Part shown: positions 20,625-31,666 of the stretch, piece after piece | Layout: every line of letters starts with the position of its first letter | Position numbering within the stretch: the stretch's first letter is position 1 | Assembly: GCA_964407135.1 (NCBI GenBank) | Contig: CAYOUI010000001.1 | Coordinates: forward strand, 816 to 64,815 | Reading direction: 5' to 3' | Origin: an uncultured Methylobacillus sp. | Lineage (GTDB): Bacteria > Pseudomonadota > Gammaproteobacteria > Burkholderiales > Methylophilaceae | DNA: 64,000 bases | Made by a program: the position numbers and the translations under genes | The notes under the pieces: generated by a model | Seen by the model: only the letters and a program-made list of their open reading frames with translations | Database searches by the model: none | What the model was told of the DNA's origin: nothing

Positions 20625-20947
20625 TGGCTATATCCTTAACAGAAAAAGCTGCTGAAAGAGCACAAAAATATCTCAAATCAAGAGGTAAAGGGATTGGATT
20701 AAAGTTAGGGGTAAAAACTACCGGCTGTTCAGGAATGGCTTACACATTAGAATTTGTTGATGACGTTTTACCGGAAGATAAAGTCTATGAAAGTCATGGA
20801 ATTAAAATTTTAGTTGATCCCAAAAGCCTTATTTATATTGACGGCACTGAACTAGATTTCATAAAAGAAGGTTTGAACGAAGGGTTTCAATTTAATAACC
20901 CAAATGTCAAAGATAGCTGTGGCTGTGGAGAGAGTTTCACGGTTTGA
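20624..20947 (+). CDS. iscA: Iron-binding A-type carrier IscA
   Basis: 107 aa with the C-terminal CGCGESF motif. Confidence 0.93.
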   Translation: MAISLTEKAAERAQKYLKSRGKGIGLKLGVKTTGCSGMAYTLEFVDDVLPEDKVYESHGIKILVDPKSLIYIDGTELDFIKEGLNEGFQFNNPNVKDSCGCGESFTV

Positions 20948-21456
20948 CCCAAAACTATTTCGAAATATTCAATTTTCCAATGCAATTTAATATTGATCTT
21001 AATAAACTTCAGAAATCTTACCGTCTAATTCAAGCAGAAATTCATCCTGATAAATTTGTATCAGCAAGTCAAATTGAAAAACAACAATCATTAATTAAAT
21101 CTACAGAAGTTAATGACGCATACCAAACTCTTAAAGACCCGATAAAAAGAGCTAAATATCTAATCCAAATAAATTTAAAATCTGAACAAAATGATTCGGC
21201 TTTACCTCCCGATTTTTTAATACAACAAATGGAATGGGAGGAGCATCTAGAATCTATATGGAAACAAAAAAAAGAATTAGAAAAATTTCAATTAGTAATT
21301 AGTAAGGAATACCAAAAAAAACTAGATGACTTAGAAAATGAATGTGATAAAAATAAGAATTGGAATGATGCAGCTGAAATTATTAACAAAATTCAATTTA
21401 TTGATAAATTAAATCATAAAATTATGAAACAAATTAATATGATAGAGACAAAATAA
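20944..21456 (+). CDS. hscB: Co-chaperone HscB
   Basis: J-domain with HPD (IHPDKF) and a C-terminal helical domain. It uses a TTG start that overlaps the iscA stop. Confidence 0.88.
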   Translation: MTQNYFEIFNFPMQFNIDLNKLQKSYRLIQAEIHPDKFVSASQIEKQQSLIKSTEVNDAYQTLKDPIKRAKYLIQINLKSEQNDSALPPDFLIQQMEWEEHLESIWKQKKELEKFQLVISKEYQKKLDDLENECDKNKNWNDAAEIINKIQFIDKLNHKIMKQINMIETK

Positions 21457-23312
21457 TGGCGCTTCTTCAAATTTCTGAACCAGGAAAAAGTACAATGCCT
21501 CATGAACATCGAAATGCGGTGGGAATTGACCTAGGCACGACTAATTCTCTGGTTGCAGCAGTAATTAGTGGAACAGCTAGTATTCTAAAACAGACTAATG
21601 ATAGTAATTTATTAGCTTCAGTAGTTAATTATTCAACAGACAATACTATTGTTGGCGAAGAAGCAAAAGAACTTCAAATACATGATCCTCAAAATACTAT
21701 TTCTTCAGTCAAAAGACTGATTGGAAAAAATGTTTCTGATATTGATCCAAAAAACTATTCTTTAGATTTACATGATAAAGAAGGTGTTATTTCAATTAAA
21801 ACAAATCAAGGCGATAAGAATCCAATTCAAATATCAGCTGATATTTTAAAAAAACTTAAAATCACTGCTGAAGAAACTTTAGGAAATGATTTATATGGAG
21901 CAGTTATTACTGTTCCAGCTTATTTTGATGATGCCCAGAGACAAGCAACTAAAGATGCAGCAAAACTGGCAGGAATTAATGTACTTAGATTAATTAATGA
22001 GCCAACAGCTGCAGCAGTAGCGTATGGTTTAGATCAAAATAAAGAAGGAAATTTTGTAATCTATGATTTGGGTGGAGGGACATTTGATGTTTCTATTCTA
22101 AATTTATCTAAAGGTATATTTGAGGTACAAGCTACACATGGAGATGCTAATCTTGGCGGAGATGATTACGACCGAGCAATTTTTAATTGGCTTCGTGAAA
22201 AAAATAAAATTAATACACTTGATGCAACAGTAAAACAAAAACTTTATGCTCTATCAAGAAAACTGAAAGAACAACTAACCAATAAAACATCTCTTACTAT
22301 TAATGAAAAAATTAATGAGAAATTAAATATTCAATGCCAACTAAGTCAAAAAGATTTTGAAATAATAACTAAAGATTTAACAAAGAAAACAATTGATTCA
22401 ACTCGTCACGCACTTCATGATGCAAAATTAGATGTTTCAGAAATTCATGGAGTTGTAATGGTGGGTGGTTCAACTAGAATGCCTTGCATTCAAAATGCTG
22501 TGAAAAAATTTTTTAATCAGCCACTTTTAAATGATCTTAATCCTGATGAAGTTGTTGCTTTAGGTGCTGCAGAGCAAGCAAATATTTTAGCGGGTAATAC
22601 TAATGATAATCTTCTTTTACTTGATGTGATTCCATTATCTTTAGGAATTGAAACGATGGGTGAGATTGTTGAAAGAATTATTCCACGTAATTCAACATTG
22701 CCTATATCAATGGGTCAAGAATTTACAACCTATAAAGACGGGCAAACGGCTATGATTATTCACGTTGTTCAAGGTGAGCGTGACTTAGTTAAGGACTGTA
22801 GATCATTAGCAAAATTTACCCTCAAGGGTATTCCGCCATTAGTGGCTGGCGCAGCTAAAATTTTAGTCACTTTTCAAGTTGATACGGATGGGCTTCTTTC
22901 TGTAAGTGCTAAAGAGCAATCTTCTGGTATTCAGTCCGAAATAGAAGTAAAACCTTCGTATGGTTTATCTGATAAAAAAATAAAAAAAATGTTAGAAGAG
23001 TCATTTAATCTTGCAAAAGAAGATAAAGAATCAAGGGCTTTATCTGAAGCAAAAACAGAAGCCTTGCAACTTTGTGAGATGATTGAAAATGCAATTAAAG
23101 TAGATTCTGGTTTATTAAATAAAAAAGAATTAAATCTATTACAAAAAAACTTAACTGAATTAAGAAAATTACTAGATTCTTCTGATAGAAAACGTATAGA
23201 AAAACTTTCAAAATTACTCAATGATAACAGTCAGGCTTTTGCAGCTAAGCGTATGGATCAATCAATTCATAAAGCATTAACTGGAAAATCAGTTAGCTCA
23301 CTGGAATTTTAG
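21456..23312 (+). CDS. hscA: Fe-S protein assembly chaperone HscA (Hsp70 family)
   Basis: 618 aa with Hsp70 motifs ([27 protein letters not shown]). Located in the isc cluster. Confidence 0.93.
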   Translation: MALLQISEPGKSTMPHEHRNAVGIDLGTTNSLVAAVISGTASILKQTNDSNLLASVVNYSTDNTIVGEEAKELQIHDPQNTISSVKRLIGKNVSDIDPKNYSLDLHDKEGVISIKTNQGDKNPIQISADILKKLKITAEETLGNDLYGAVITVPAYFDDAQRQATKDAAKLAGINVLRLINEPTAAAVAYGLDQNKEGNFVIYDLGGGTFDVSILNLSKGIFEVQATHGDANLGGDDYDRAIFNWLREKNKINTLDATVKQKLYALSRKLKEQLTNKTSLTINEKINEKLNIQCQLSQKDFEIITKDLTKKTIDSTRHALHDAKLDVSEIHGVVMVGGSTRMPCIQNAVKKFFNQPLLNDLNPDEVVALGAAEQANILAGNTNDNLLLLDVIPLSLGIETMGEIVERIIPRNSTLPISMGQEFTTYKDGQTAMIIHVVQGERDLVKDCRSLAKFTLKGIPPLVAGAAKILVTFQVDTDGLLSVSAKEQSSGIQSEIEVKPSYGLSDKKIKKMLEESFNLAKEDKESRALSEAKTEALQLCEMIENAIKVDSGLLNKKELNLLQKNLTELRKLLDSSDRKRIEKLSKLLNDNSQAFAAKRMDQSIHKALTGKSVSSLEF

Positions 23313-23313
23313 T

Positions 23314-23649
23314 ATGCCAAAAATTATCATATTGCCTCATCAAGAAATATGTCCAGAAGGAGATATTATAGAAGCCAAACCTGGAGATTCTATATGTGAT
23401 TCTCTTTTAAAAAATCATATCCATATTGAGCATGCTTGTGAAAAGGTATGTGCATGTACTACCTGTCATGTAATTGTAAAAGAAGGTCTTGATTCACTAG
23501 ATCCTTCAGAAGAAGATGAAGACGATATGCTTGATAAGGCTTGGGGATTGTGCCCTCAATCAAGATTGTCTTGCCAATCTATAGTAAAAGACGAAGATCT
23601 TACAATTGAAATTCCAAAATATACAATTAATTTAGTAAGTGAGGGATAA
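23314..23649 (+). CDS. fdx: [2Fe-2S] ferredoxin Fdx (ISC-type)
   Basis: 111 aa with a C-x5-C-x2-C ... C adrenodoxin-type pattern (ACEKVCACTTCHV ... SRLSCQ). Confidence 0.92.
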   Translation: MPKIIILPHQEICPEGDIIEAKPGDSICDSLLKNHIHIEHACEKVCACTTCHVIVKEGLDSLDPSEEDEDDMLDKAWGLCPQSRLSCQSIVKDEDLTIEIPKYTINLVSEG

Positions 23650-23653
23650 AAAA

Positions 23654-23679
23654 GGCTAATCCTAAGATCAGCCCTTTTT
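23654..23679. terminator. Imperfect hairpin between convergent fdx and the porin (possibly a bidirectional terminator)
   Basis: GGCTAATC-CTAA-GATCAGCC has one mismatch. It is flanked by an A-run upstream and TTTTT downstream. Confidence 0.5.
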
Positions 23680-23716
23680 AACTAAGGAGTAGTACTTTTC
23701 AATTGCTGCTTAGTGC

Positions 23717-25114
23717 CTAAAAGTCATATTGCATTCTTATATTAATAGCTCTCTCATCATCCATCGTCGCTCCTGATACTGCTATTTCTTTATTCTCGCC
23801 ATCAAAATCAGTATTTGCATAACTAAGCATAATTCTTGTATTTGGATCTGGAATAAATTTCAGTCCCAACCTATATGTATCTGCTTCATTAGTATTTGCT
23901 GTGGCACTGTCAAGCTGCATACCCGCGGTTGATGATGTAATATCTGAAGCATCAAATTTTGAATAACCAGCTACTAGTTCCCAAGCGCCTCCAGTCATAG
24001 TTTTTTGATTAAAATTTCTATTAGGTTTAATGCGATCAAACTTACCTCCAGCAGATTCTGATTTATATGACTTTGAATAAGATTCACCAGTCAACAAAAT
24101 ACCTACATCAGCATAATATGCTGATACATCCTGACTCCCTCCTAGGCTAGTATCCCATGAAGCATTGGCATATTCTGTTTGAAATTTTTTATTACCTTTT
24201 GCTAAAGCTAGCTCTAACCCATATCTAGATCTAGAAACATCAGTGGCTGTTCCACTTAATTTAGTTTTGAAAAATTCTTGGCCCTTACCTAACGTTTGTT
24301 GAGATGATGCTGTAGAAGTTAGAAGCATGTCATTTTGATCAGAGTAACTTGCGCCTAGATGGACTATTTGGTCTTTCCATTTATTTCTTTTAGCTAAATC
24401 AGTATCGACATGAATCATCCATTCTAGACCATCATTTCTATCATCAACCATATCTATATTTTGTCCATAACCGTTCAAAATTGCAAAAGCATAATTAATA
24501 CCTTCGGATGGTGTTCCATGAATCATCATTCCCACTTCTTTACCTGCAGTAATAGAAGCATTGTTAACATATGAACGCTCTGTAAAATTTAAAAAACGTG
24601 AGCTAGTTCTTTCCTCTAAGCTCATAGGCATTTTAAATTGACCCATTCTTAACTTTGCTTTTTTTATGTGTTTAAATTCTAGATACCCTTCATCCAATTT
24701 AGTACTTGAATCAAAAGATCCAACAAATTTATATCCATAATATTTATTGGCTGTGCCTTCCACACCAAGATAAGCTCTCCTAACATCAAAACCATCAGCA
24801 GCCTTACTATTCGCAGAAGAACCGTTACCCGTATCAAAGTCACGATAATCAAGCTGAATTCTTCCAGCAATTTTTAAATTACTTTCACCATCCCCGCTTT
24901 CAAATGATAAGCCACCACCTTTTTTAAACTTAACCTTACCATTATTCTTTTTTTCAGCCTTTGCTTGCTTAACTAAAAGATTACCTTCTTGTTCAGTTAA
25001 GACACCTTTTACAATCAAAGCATTTATAAGATCTTCAGTTGTATCAGAATGCACCCAACCTGAAAATGAAACCATCAAAGTTGTAATGAACCCAATTAAA
25101 ATCTTATTTTTCAT
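23717..25114 (-). CDS. Phosphate-selective porin, OprO/OprP family
   Basis: Has a signal peptide, an N-terminal LINALIVKGVLTEQEG helix and the DVRRAYLGVEG motif. The sequence alternates in beta-strand fashion and ends in ...MQYDF (terminal Phe). A Pho box lies upstream. Confidence 0.78.
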   Translation of the reverse strand: MKNKILIGFITTLMVSFSGWVHSDTTEDLINALIVKGVLTEQEGNLLVKQAKAEKKNNGKVKFKKGGGLSFESGDGESNLKIAGRIQLDYRDFDTGNGSSANSKAADGFDVRRAYLGVEGTANKYYGYKFVGSFDSSTKLDEGYLEFKHIKKAKLRMGQFKMPMSLEERTSSRFLNFTERSYVNNASITAGKEVGMMIHGTPSEGINYAFAILNGYGQNIDMVDDRNDGLEWMIHVDTDLAKRNKWKDQIVHLGASYSDQNDMLLTSTASSQQTLGKGQEFFKTKLSGTATDVSRSRYGLELALAKGNKKFQTEYANASWDTSLGGSQDVSAYYADVGILLTGESYSKSYKSESAGGKFDRIKPNRNFNQKTMTGGAWELVAGYSKFDASDITSSTAGMQLDSATANTNEADTYRLGLKFIPDPNTRIMLSYANTDFDGENKEIAVSGATMDDERAINIRMQYDF

Positions 25115-25166
25115 TTATCTACTCCATTAAAATAATTATTCATGGAACAGATTATGAAGTTTGAAT

Positions 25167-25184
25167 ATGACATTTACATGACAA
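25167..25184 (-). promoter_or_regulatory. Pho box (PhoB site) upstream of the OprO/P-type porin
   Basis: The minus strand reads TTGTCAT-GTAA-ATGTCAT (7+4+7, 11-bp period). A CATAAT -10-like hexamer lies 10 nt downstream and a GGAG Shine-Dalgarno precedes the ATG. Confidence 0.7.
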
Positions 25185-25240
25185 ATTCTAAAATAAGATT
25201 TTATAAATTAGAATGTTTGATTGCTACCGGGATATGGTTA

Positions 25241-25870
25241 TTACAAAATTGAATTATCTAAATCTATTTCAAATAAACCAGAAGATAAGCTATAAACACC
25301 CGCTACAATTCCAATTTTCTTATCCTTAACCATTTCACTGATGATTGAGCTTTTCTGAAGTATTGTTTCTATTTGTTTCTGAACATTCAAAAAACTAACT
25401 TTCTCGACGAATAATTCATTTTTTGAATCTCTTTGCTCTTTGTCGTTAACAGATTTTTCCGCTGTAACAGCAGGTGCAATTAACTTAATAATTTCTCCAA
25501 TATTACCTCCTTTATAATCGTCACAAGCAGCTTTAATTGCGCCACAATTTGAATGACCCATCACCACAATTAATCTTGAGCCTAAATGCTTACAGGAGAA
25601 TTCAAGACTTCCAATTGCCTCCGTAGAAGCAATATTTCCAGCCAATCTTACACTAAATAAATCACCTAGATTTTGATCAAAGATAGTATCAATATTGGTT
25701 CTGGAATCACTACAGCTTAAGATAGAAGCAAAAGGATGTTGATGATTTTTAGTTTCTTGTCTAATCTTTATTGTGTCATATTGGCGTGGAGTGTTATTGA
25801 TAAAACGTTTGTTTCCTTCCATTAAAAGATTTAATGCATCTTTTGGAGACACTGTGTCACGATTAGTCAT
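25241..25870 (-). CDS. Beta-class carbonic anhydrase
   Basis: Zn-ligand motifs CSDSR and HSNCGA. It lies 1 nt downstream of lysS. Confidence 0.85.
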   Translation of the reverse strand: MTNRDTVSPKDALNLLMEGNKRFINNTPRQYDTIKIRQETKNHQHPFASILSCSDSRTNIDTIFDQNLGDLFSVRLAGNIASTEAIGSLEFSCKHLGSRLIVVMGHSNCGAIKAACDDYKGGNIGEIIKLIAPAVTAEKSVNDKEQRDSKNELFVEKVSFLNVQKQIETILQKSSIISEMVKDKKIGIVAGVYSLSSGLFEIDLDNSIL

Positions 25871-25871
25871 A

Positions 25872-27389
25872 TTATGTTTCAGATCTCATATGAGGAAATA
25901 AAATTACATCTCTAATACTTGGGCTATCTGTTAGTAACATTACTAATCTATCAATACCAATTCCACAGCCACCAGTTGGTGGTAAACCATATTCAAGTGC
26001 TCTGATAAAGTCTGAATCATAATACATCGCTTCTTCATCTCCAGATTCTTTTGCTTTTACTTGCATATTAAATCTTTCCGATTGATCTTCAGCATCGTTC
26101 AGTTCAGAAAATCCGTTTGCGATTTCTCGTCCTGCAATAAATAATTCAAATCGATCAGTAAGATTTGAGTCGTCGTCAGAAGTTCTTGCTAAAGGAGAAA
26201 CTTCAATGGGATAGTTTACAATATAAGTAGGATTCCAAAGATGTTCTTCTGTAACTTCTTCAAATAATGCCAATTGATGAGCCCCCAAGCCTGCATCGGA
26301 TGAAAGTTCATGGCCCAGCTTTTTTAAAACCTTGCTGATAAATTCTTTATCATTCAAATCTTTTTCTGAAAATTCTTTAGAATATTTTATGATTGCCTCA
26401 ACCAATGTTAATCGATCAAAAGGCAGGCTAAAATCAATTGATTTACCTTGATAATCAATTTTTTCTGAATCAAGAACTGAATGTGTAACTTTCTTAATGC
26501 AAGTCTCAGTAAAATCCATAAGCCATTTGTAATCTGTATAAGCAGCATAAAATTCCATCATAGTAAATTCAGGATTATGTCGAACACTCAAACCCTCATT
26601 TCTAAAACTTCTATTGATTTCAAAAACACGATCGAAACCTCCGACTACTAATCTTTTCAAATAAAGTTCAGGAGCAATTCGCAAAAACATTTCCATATCT
26701 AATGAATTATGGTGTGTTTTAAATGGCTTGGCTGCTGCCCCTCCGGGTATTGGATGGAGCATTGGTGTTTCTACCTCTAGAAATTTATTAGAATGCATGT
26801 AGTTTCGAATTTCTGTGATAATTTCACTTCGTTTCAAGAAAGTATTTTTCGTATCTTCATTAACAATTAAATCTACATATCTTTGTCGATATTTAATTTC
26901 TTGATCAGTTAAACCATGAAATTTTTCTGGCAAAGGTCGTAATGACTTTGTTAGTAAAATAATTTCAGTTACTTCAACACTGAGCTCATTTGTGTTTGTT
27001 TTGAATAATTTTCCTTTTGCTCCAATAATATCTCCAAGATCCCATCTTTTAAAATCTGCATATAATTCAGGCTCTTTTTCAGAATTAATCAAATCTCTTG
27101 CCACATAAAGCTGAATTCTTCCAGTTGTATCCTGAATGGTTGCAAAACTTGCTTTACCCATTACGCGTTTGAGAACCATGCGGCCGGCTACAAAAACATT
27201 TATATTTTTTTTTGCAAGGGTCTCTTTATCATCCTTATCATATTGACTATGTAAATCATTCGCATATGAATCAGGCGAAAAATTATTTGGGAAAGCTACT
27301 TTTTTTTCACGAATTTCTTTTAGCTTACTTCTTCTCTCCAAAATAATTGAATTTTCATCTTGCTGAATTGATTCTTTTTTATCTGTCAA
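25872..27389 (-). CDS. lysS: Lysine--tRNA ligase (class II)
   Basis: 505 aa with an OB anticodon-binding N-domain and class II motifs ([20 protein letters not shown]). Conserved prfB-lysS pairing. Confidence 0.96.
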   Translation of the reverse strand: MTDKKESIQQDENSIILERRSKLKEIREKKVAFPNNFSPDSYANDLHSQYDKDDKETLAKKNINVFVAGRMVLKRVMGKASFATIQDTTGRIQLYVARDLINSEKEPELYADFKRWDLGDIIGAKGKLFKTNTNELSVEVTEIILLTKSLRPLPEKFHGLTDQEIKYRQRYVDLIVNEDTKNTFLKRSEIITEIRNYMHSNKFLEVETPMLHPIPGGAAAKPFKTHHNSLDMEMFLRIAPELYLKRLVVGGFDRVFEINRSFRNEGLSVRHNPEFTMMEFYAAYTDYKWLMDFTETCIKKVTHSVLDSEKIDYQGKSIDFSLPFDRLTLVEAIIKYSKEFSEKDLNDKEFISKVLKKLGHELSSDAGLGAHQLALFEEVTEEHLWNPTYIVNYPIEVSPLARTSDDDSNLTDRFELFIAGREIANGFSELNDAEDQSERFNMQVKAKESGDEEAMYYDSDFIRALEYGLPPTGGCGIGIDRLVMLLTDSPSIRDVILFPHMRSET

Positions 27390-27390
27390 T

Positions 27391-28495
27391 TTATACCCCT
27401 TGTTTTAAACTTTCACTAATAAAAGGATCCAGATCGCCATCCAAAACCCCTTGAGTATTTCCTATTTCGACTGATGTTCTTAAATCCTTAATTCGAGACT
27501 GATCCAAAACATAACTCCTAATTTGATGGCCCCAGCCAATATCAGTTTTTGCATCCTCTACTGCTTGCTTCTCTTCATTTCTTTTATTTAATTCCAATGA
27601 ATATAATTGCGCTTTAAGCATATTCATTGCTTCAGTTTTATTTCTATGTTGCGACCGATCATTTTGACATTGAACAACAGTATTTGTCGGAACATGTGTA
27701 ATTCTAACAGCAGAATCTGTTTTATTAATATGTTGCCCCCCTGCCCCAGAAGCTCTGTAAGTATCAATTCTTAAATCAGAGGGATTAATGTCAATCTCAA
27801 TTGATTCATCTATCTCTGGATAGACATTTACCCCAGCAAATGATGTATGTCTTCGACTTCCGGAATCAAAAGGTGATTTTCTTACCAAACGATGGATTCC
27901 AGTTTCAGTCCTAAAGTATCCAAATGCATACTCTCCTAACACTTTTAGTGTCGCCCCTTTTATTCCTGCTACCTCACCTTCCGATAATTCCATAACTTCA
28001 ACTTTAAAATTTTTTCTTTCTGCATATCGAATATACATTCTTAGTAACATATTTGCCCAATCTTGAGCTTCCGTGCCTCCACTCCCTGATTGAAAATCAA
28101 TAAAACAATTATTGGAATCCATAGGATTAGAAAACATTCTCTTAAACTCAATATCGTCAACTTTTTTTTCAAGTTTATCTATATCTTCCTGAATAGTTTT
28201 AAGTGTAGCCGAATCACCCTCAATCGAAACTAAATCGAAAAGTTCTTGATTATCTCTTAAGTGATTTTTTAAATAATTTGCATCAGCAACTATAGTTTCA
28301 AGCATCCTTTTTTCTTTGCCAATTTTTTGACTTAAAGCTCGATCAGTCCATGTTGCTGGATCTTCTTGTTGCTTCGATAATAATTCTATTTGATTTATCT
28401 TGTTATCGAGATCAAAGATACCCCCGTAAAGCATCAAATTTTTTATTAACTGATGCAATGTGTTGTTTTAAAATGCCAATCTCTTCTTGATCCAT
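27391..28495 (-). CDS. prfB: Peptide chain release factor 2, requiring a programmed +1 frameshift
   Basis: The track ORF contains SPF and GGQ ([10 protein letters not shown]). The true start is ATG 28495..28493 ([27 protein letters not shown]), which reaches an in-frame TGA at 28412..28414 within CTT TGA T. A +1 shift joins it to the track ORF. Confidence 0.93.
28412..28426 (-). other. prfB programmed +1 ribosomal frameshift site
   Basis: The minus strand reads CGGGGGUAU CUU UGA U. This is the canonical CUU UGA slippery/stop context, preceded by an internal Shine-Dalgarno-like GGGGG. Confidence 0.9.
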
Positions 28496-28574
28496 ATTTA
28501 ATTTTTACCTTTAAAACCATAAAAAATTATTATTATTATAGCTCCGAATAGCTTTAAATTACATAATCAAAAAT

Positions 28575-28592
28575 ATGTCATAAATTTGTCAT
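28575..28592 (+). promoter_or_regulatory. Pho box (PhoB site) upstream of pstS
   Basis: ATGTCAT-AAAT-TTGTCAT matches CTGTCAT-AWAW-CTGTCAY at 16 of 18 positions with an 11-bp period. It lies about 70 nt upstream of the pstS ATG. Confidence 0.75.
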
Positions 28593-28660
28593 AAAACTTA
28601 TTTAATCTTATAAAAAGTTAGTTTACTTAATTACTTAAAATATAAAGGAGCCTTAATCAA

Positions 28661-29665
28661 ATGAAAGAATTCAAAATTAGTAAATTTGGAATGACTGGGT
28701 TAGTTGCAAGTGCATTATTTATATCAACCCCAGCAATAAGCGCAGTTGACATTGTAAAAATTGATGGGTCAAGCACTGTTTATCCAATTACAGAAGCTGT
28801 TGCTGAAGAATTTCAAATTGAAACTGGGATTAAAGTAACAGTTGGGGTTTCAGGAACTGGTGGTGGCTTTAAAAAATTCTGTCGAGGGGATACAGTTATT
28901 TCAAATGCATCACGACCAATAAAAGCAAATGAAATTAAAAAATGTAAAGCAGCAGGAATTGAGTTTATAGAAATCCCTGTAGCATTTGATGCGTTAACTG
29001 TAGTAACTAATAAAAAAAATGATTGGGCAAAAGACATGACCCCAGCAGAGCTTAAAAAAGCATGGGAGCCAGCAGCCCAAGGAAAAATTATGAAATGGAG
29101 TCAGGTTAGAGATGGATGGCCAGATACTCCTTTAAAGCTTTATGGGCCTGGTGCAGACTCAGGAACTTTTGACTATTTCACTGAAGCAATTGTTGAAGAA
29201 TCTAAAGCAATCAGAGGTGATTTTACAGCTTCAGAAGATGACAATGTTTTAGTACAAGGTATCTCTGGGGATAAAGGTGGTATGGGTTACTTTGGTTTAG
29301 CATATTATGTTGAGAATAAAAATAGATTAAAACCAGTTGCAGTTCAAAACAGTGATGGTAAGTTTATTTTTCCTTCATTAAAAACTGTAATGGATGGCTC
29401 ATATAATCCACTTGCCAGACCTTTATTTATATATTTAAATGCTTCAAAAGCGGCATCTGATCCAAATGTTAAAAAATTTATCGATTTTTATTTAAAGCAT
29501 GCTGCAGCTTTATCTGAAGAAGTTGGTTACATTCCATTTAGTAAAAAAGAATATGCTGCGATTACTAGTCATTACAAAACATTAAAAACTGGAACTGCAT
29601 TTAAAAAACACAGTATTGGTTTGTCAGTGCAACAAATGCTTGATTTGGCTGCAGCAAATCAATGA
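28661..29665 (+). CDS. pstS: Phosphate ABC transporter substrate-binding protein PstS
   Basis: Has a signal peptide and PstS-family motifs (IDGSSTVYPI, SGTGGGF). AAGGAG Shine-Dalgarno at 28645..28650 and a Pho box upstream. Confidence 0.9.
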   Translation: MKEFKISKFGMTGLVASALFISTPAISAVDIVKIDGSSTVYPITEAVAEEFQIETGIKVTVGVSGTGGGFKKFCRGDTVISNASRPIKANEIKKCKAAGIEFIEIPVAFDALTVVTNKKNDWAKDMTPAELKKAWEPAAQGKIMKWSQVRDGWPDTPLKLYGPGADSGTFDYFTEAIVEESKAIRGDFTASEDDNVLVQGISGDKGGMGYFGLAYYVENKNRLKPVAVQNSDGKFIFPSLKTVMDGSYNPLARPLFIYLNASKAASDPNVKKFIDFYLKHAAALSEEVGYIPFSKKEYAAITSHYKTLKTGTAFKKHSIGLSVQQMLDLAAANQ

Positions 29666-29680
29666 AGAAATTAGTAACAA

Positions 29681-29708
29681 AAAAAGCAGTGTTTACACTG
29701 CTTTTTTT
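29681..29708. terminator. Strong hairpin terminator/attenuator between pstS and pstC (symmetric, bidirectional)
   Basis: AAAAAGCAGTG-TTTA-CACTGCTTTTTTT has a perfect GC-containing stem flanked by a 7-A run and a 7-T run. Confidence 0.8.
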
Positions 29709-29790
29709 GCTAAAAAATCATTTGTAATTTATAGATTTGCACGTATCATTTGAAGTATTTATTTTATGACAAATATGACAGCCAACTTAA

Positions 29791-30717
29791 ATGAATTCCG
29801 AAGCAAATAAAATTATTAGTCCAAGATTAGCCAAAAATATTCGAAGAAATTTTATCGAAAGGTTCATAGAATTTGGTTTGTTATGCTCAGGAATTATTGC
29901 AATATTTATAACTTTAGCAATTATTTACGTTCTTGTATCAGAAGCAATTCCATTCTTTCAACATGTCAGTATTATAGAATTTTTAACTGATACTGTATGG
30001 ACTCCTAACTATTCTATTAAACATTACGGAATATTACCTTTAATATCAGGAACCCTAACAACAACTGGAATAGCTTTAATTGTTGCAGTGCCACTCGGAA
30101 CAATTACAGCAATCTATTTATCTGAATTTGCTTCGCACAAAGTAAGAGAGATAATTAAACCGATCTTAGAGTTGCTAGTTGGTGTTCCAACTGTTGTGTT
30201 TGGTTATTTTGCATTAATGTTAGTAACGCCTATGCTACAAAAAATATATCCAGATCTTACAACATTCAATATGTTAGGGCCTGGAATTGTTATGGGAATA
30301 ATGATTGTGCCATACATTGCTTCTGTAGCAGAGGATTCAATGCGAGCTGTTCCAATGTCAATGAGAGAGGGTGCTTATGCAATGGGGGCTACACGTTTTC
30401 AAACTGCAATAAGAGTGATAACTCCTGCTGCAATTTCTGGGATTGTTGCTGCCTATATTTTAGCAATCAGCCGTGCCGTTGGTGAAACTATGATTGTGGC
30501 AATCGCAGCCGGACAACAACCAAATTTCACATTCAATCCAGTTGAAAGTGCTGCAACAATTACAGCTTACATAGTCTCAGTTGCGCTAGGAGATTTAGAA
30601 CATGGTGGTATCGGTTTTCAAAGTATTTTTGCTGCAGGATTAACTTTACTAATCATGACCCTATTAATTAATATATTAGGTCACGTAGTTCGTAAAAAAT
30701 ATGCGGAGAGATATTGA
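29791..30717 (+). CDS. pstC: Phosphate ABC transporter permease PstC
   Basis: 308 aa polytopic permease with an ABC EAA-type loop (REGAYAMGATRFQT). Confidence 0.9.
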   Translation: MNSEANKIISPRLAKNIRRNFIERFIEFGLLCSGIIAIFITLAIIYVLVSEAIPFFQHVSIIEFLTDTVWTPNYSIKHYGILPLISGTLTTTGIALIVAVPLGTITAIYLSEFASHKVREIIKPILELLVGVPTVVFGYFALMLVTPMLQKIYPDLTTFNMLGPGIVMGIMIVPYIASVAEDSMRAVPMSMREGAYAMGATRFQTAIRVITPAAISGIVAAYILAISRAVGETMIVAIAAGQQPNFTFNPVESAATITAYIVSVALGDLEHGGIGFQSIFAAGLTLLIMTLLINILGHVVRKKYAERY

Positions 30718-31666
30718 TAAAATGGCTCAATCAAATAAACCTGCTTTAAATAAAAATTTAGATGCAATTCGTAAAATGATTATCAATCATAAAAGATATG
30801 ATTTTGCATTTGCTGGTTTAGGGATGATTGTAATTGCTTCTCTAACAATTACATTATTAGTTTTATTTCTTGACTTAGTAATTGATGGCTATCCAAAATT
30901 CAATCTAGATTTTTTCTCCAATTTTCCATCTAGACGTGCAGCCAGGGCAGGAATTTTATCAGCCTGGATTGGTTCATCCCTAGTCCTTTTAGTTACATTT
31001 TTTGTTGCAGTTCCTTTAGGAATTGCATCGGGTATTTATCTTGAGGAATATGCTAAAAAAAATTGGTTTTCAGATTTAATAGAAATTAATGTTTCAAATC
31101 TAGCTGGGGTGCCTTCAATAATATATGGTTTACTAGCATTAGGGTTATTTGTTTATAGCTTTGGTTTAGGTCAAAGTATCTTAACTGCAGGTCTTACTCT
31201 CGCTCTTCTTATGCTACCTATTGTTATTGTTTCAACGAGAGAAGCTATTAGAGCAATACCTGTTCATATTCGTGAAGCAGCTTATGCTGTCGGTGCAACA
31301 AAATGGCAAGTTTGTCATAATCATGTCATCCAATATTCATATGGAGGAATTTTAACTGGGGTAATTATTGGTATGGCTAGAGCAATTGGTGAAACAGCGC
31401 CCGTTATAACTATTGGTGCCCTAACGTTTATTGCATTTTTACCACCTAGCCCTATTGGTTTAGAGCCTCCATTTATAAACTTTGATTGGTTAGAGGCAGG
31501 TTTTACCGTGCTTCCAATTCAAATGTTTAATTGGATTTCAAGGCCACAACATGCTTTCCATATTAATGCTGCAGCTACTGGAGCAGTCATAATAGTACTT
31601 ACGCTTTTAATGAATGGGTTAGCTATAAAACTTAGATACAATATTAGGAAAAAAATTAAATGGTAA
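30701..31666 (+). CDS. pstA: Phosphate ABC transporter permease PstA
   Basis: Polytopic permease with an EAA-type loop ([14 protein letters not shown]). An alternative start at M8 (ATG 30722) would remove the overlap with pstC. Confidence 0.9.
   Translation: MRRDIDKMAQSNKPALNKNLDAIRKMIINHKRYDFAFAGLGMIVIASLTITLLVLFLDLVIDGYPKFNLDFFSNFPSRRAARAGILSAWIGSSLVLLVTFFVAVPLGIASGIYLEEYAKKNWFSDLIEINVSNLAGVPSIIYGLLALGLFVYSFGLGQSILTAGLTLALLMLPIVIVSTREAIRAIPVHIREAAYAVGATKWQVCHNHVIQYSYGGILTGVIIGMARAIGETAPVITIGALTFIAFLPPSPIGLEPPFINFDWLEAGFTVLPIQMFNWISRPQHAFHINAAATGAVIIVLTLLMNGLAIKLRYNIRKKIKW

Noticed and set aside
25190-25222. ATTCTAA-N16-TTAGAAT inverted repeat after the carbonic anhydrase gene as a terminator
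   Set aside because: The loop is long, the stem is a weak 7-bp AT pairing and no U-tract follows. Termination between the carbonic anhydrase gene and the porin promoter remains unresolved.
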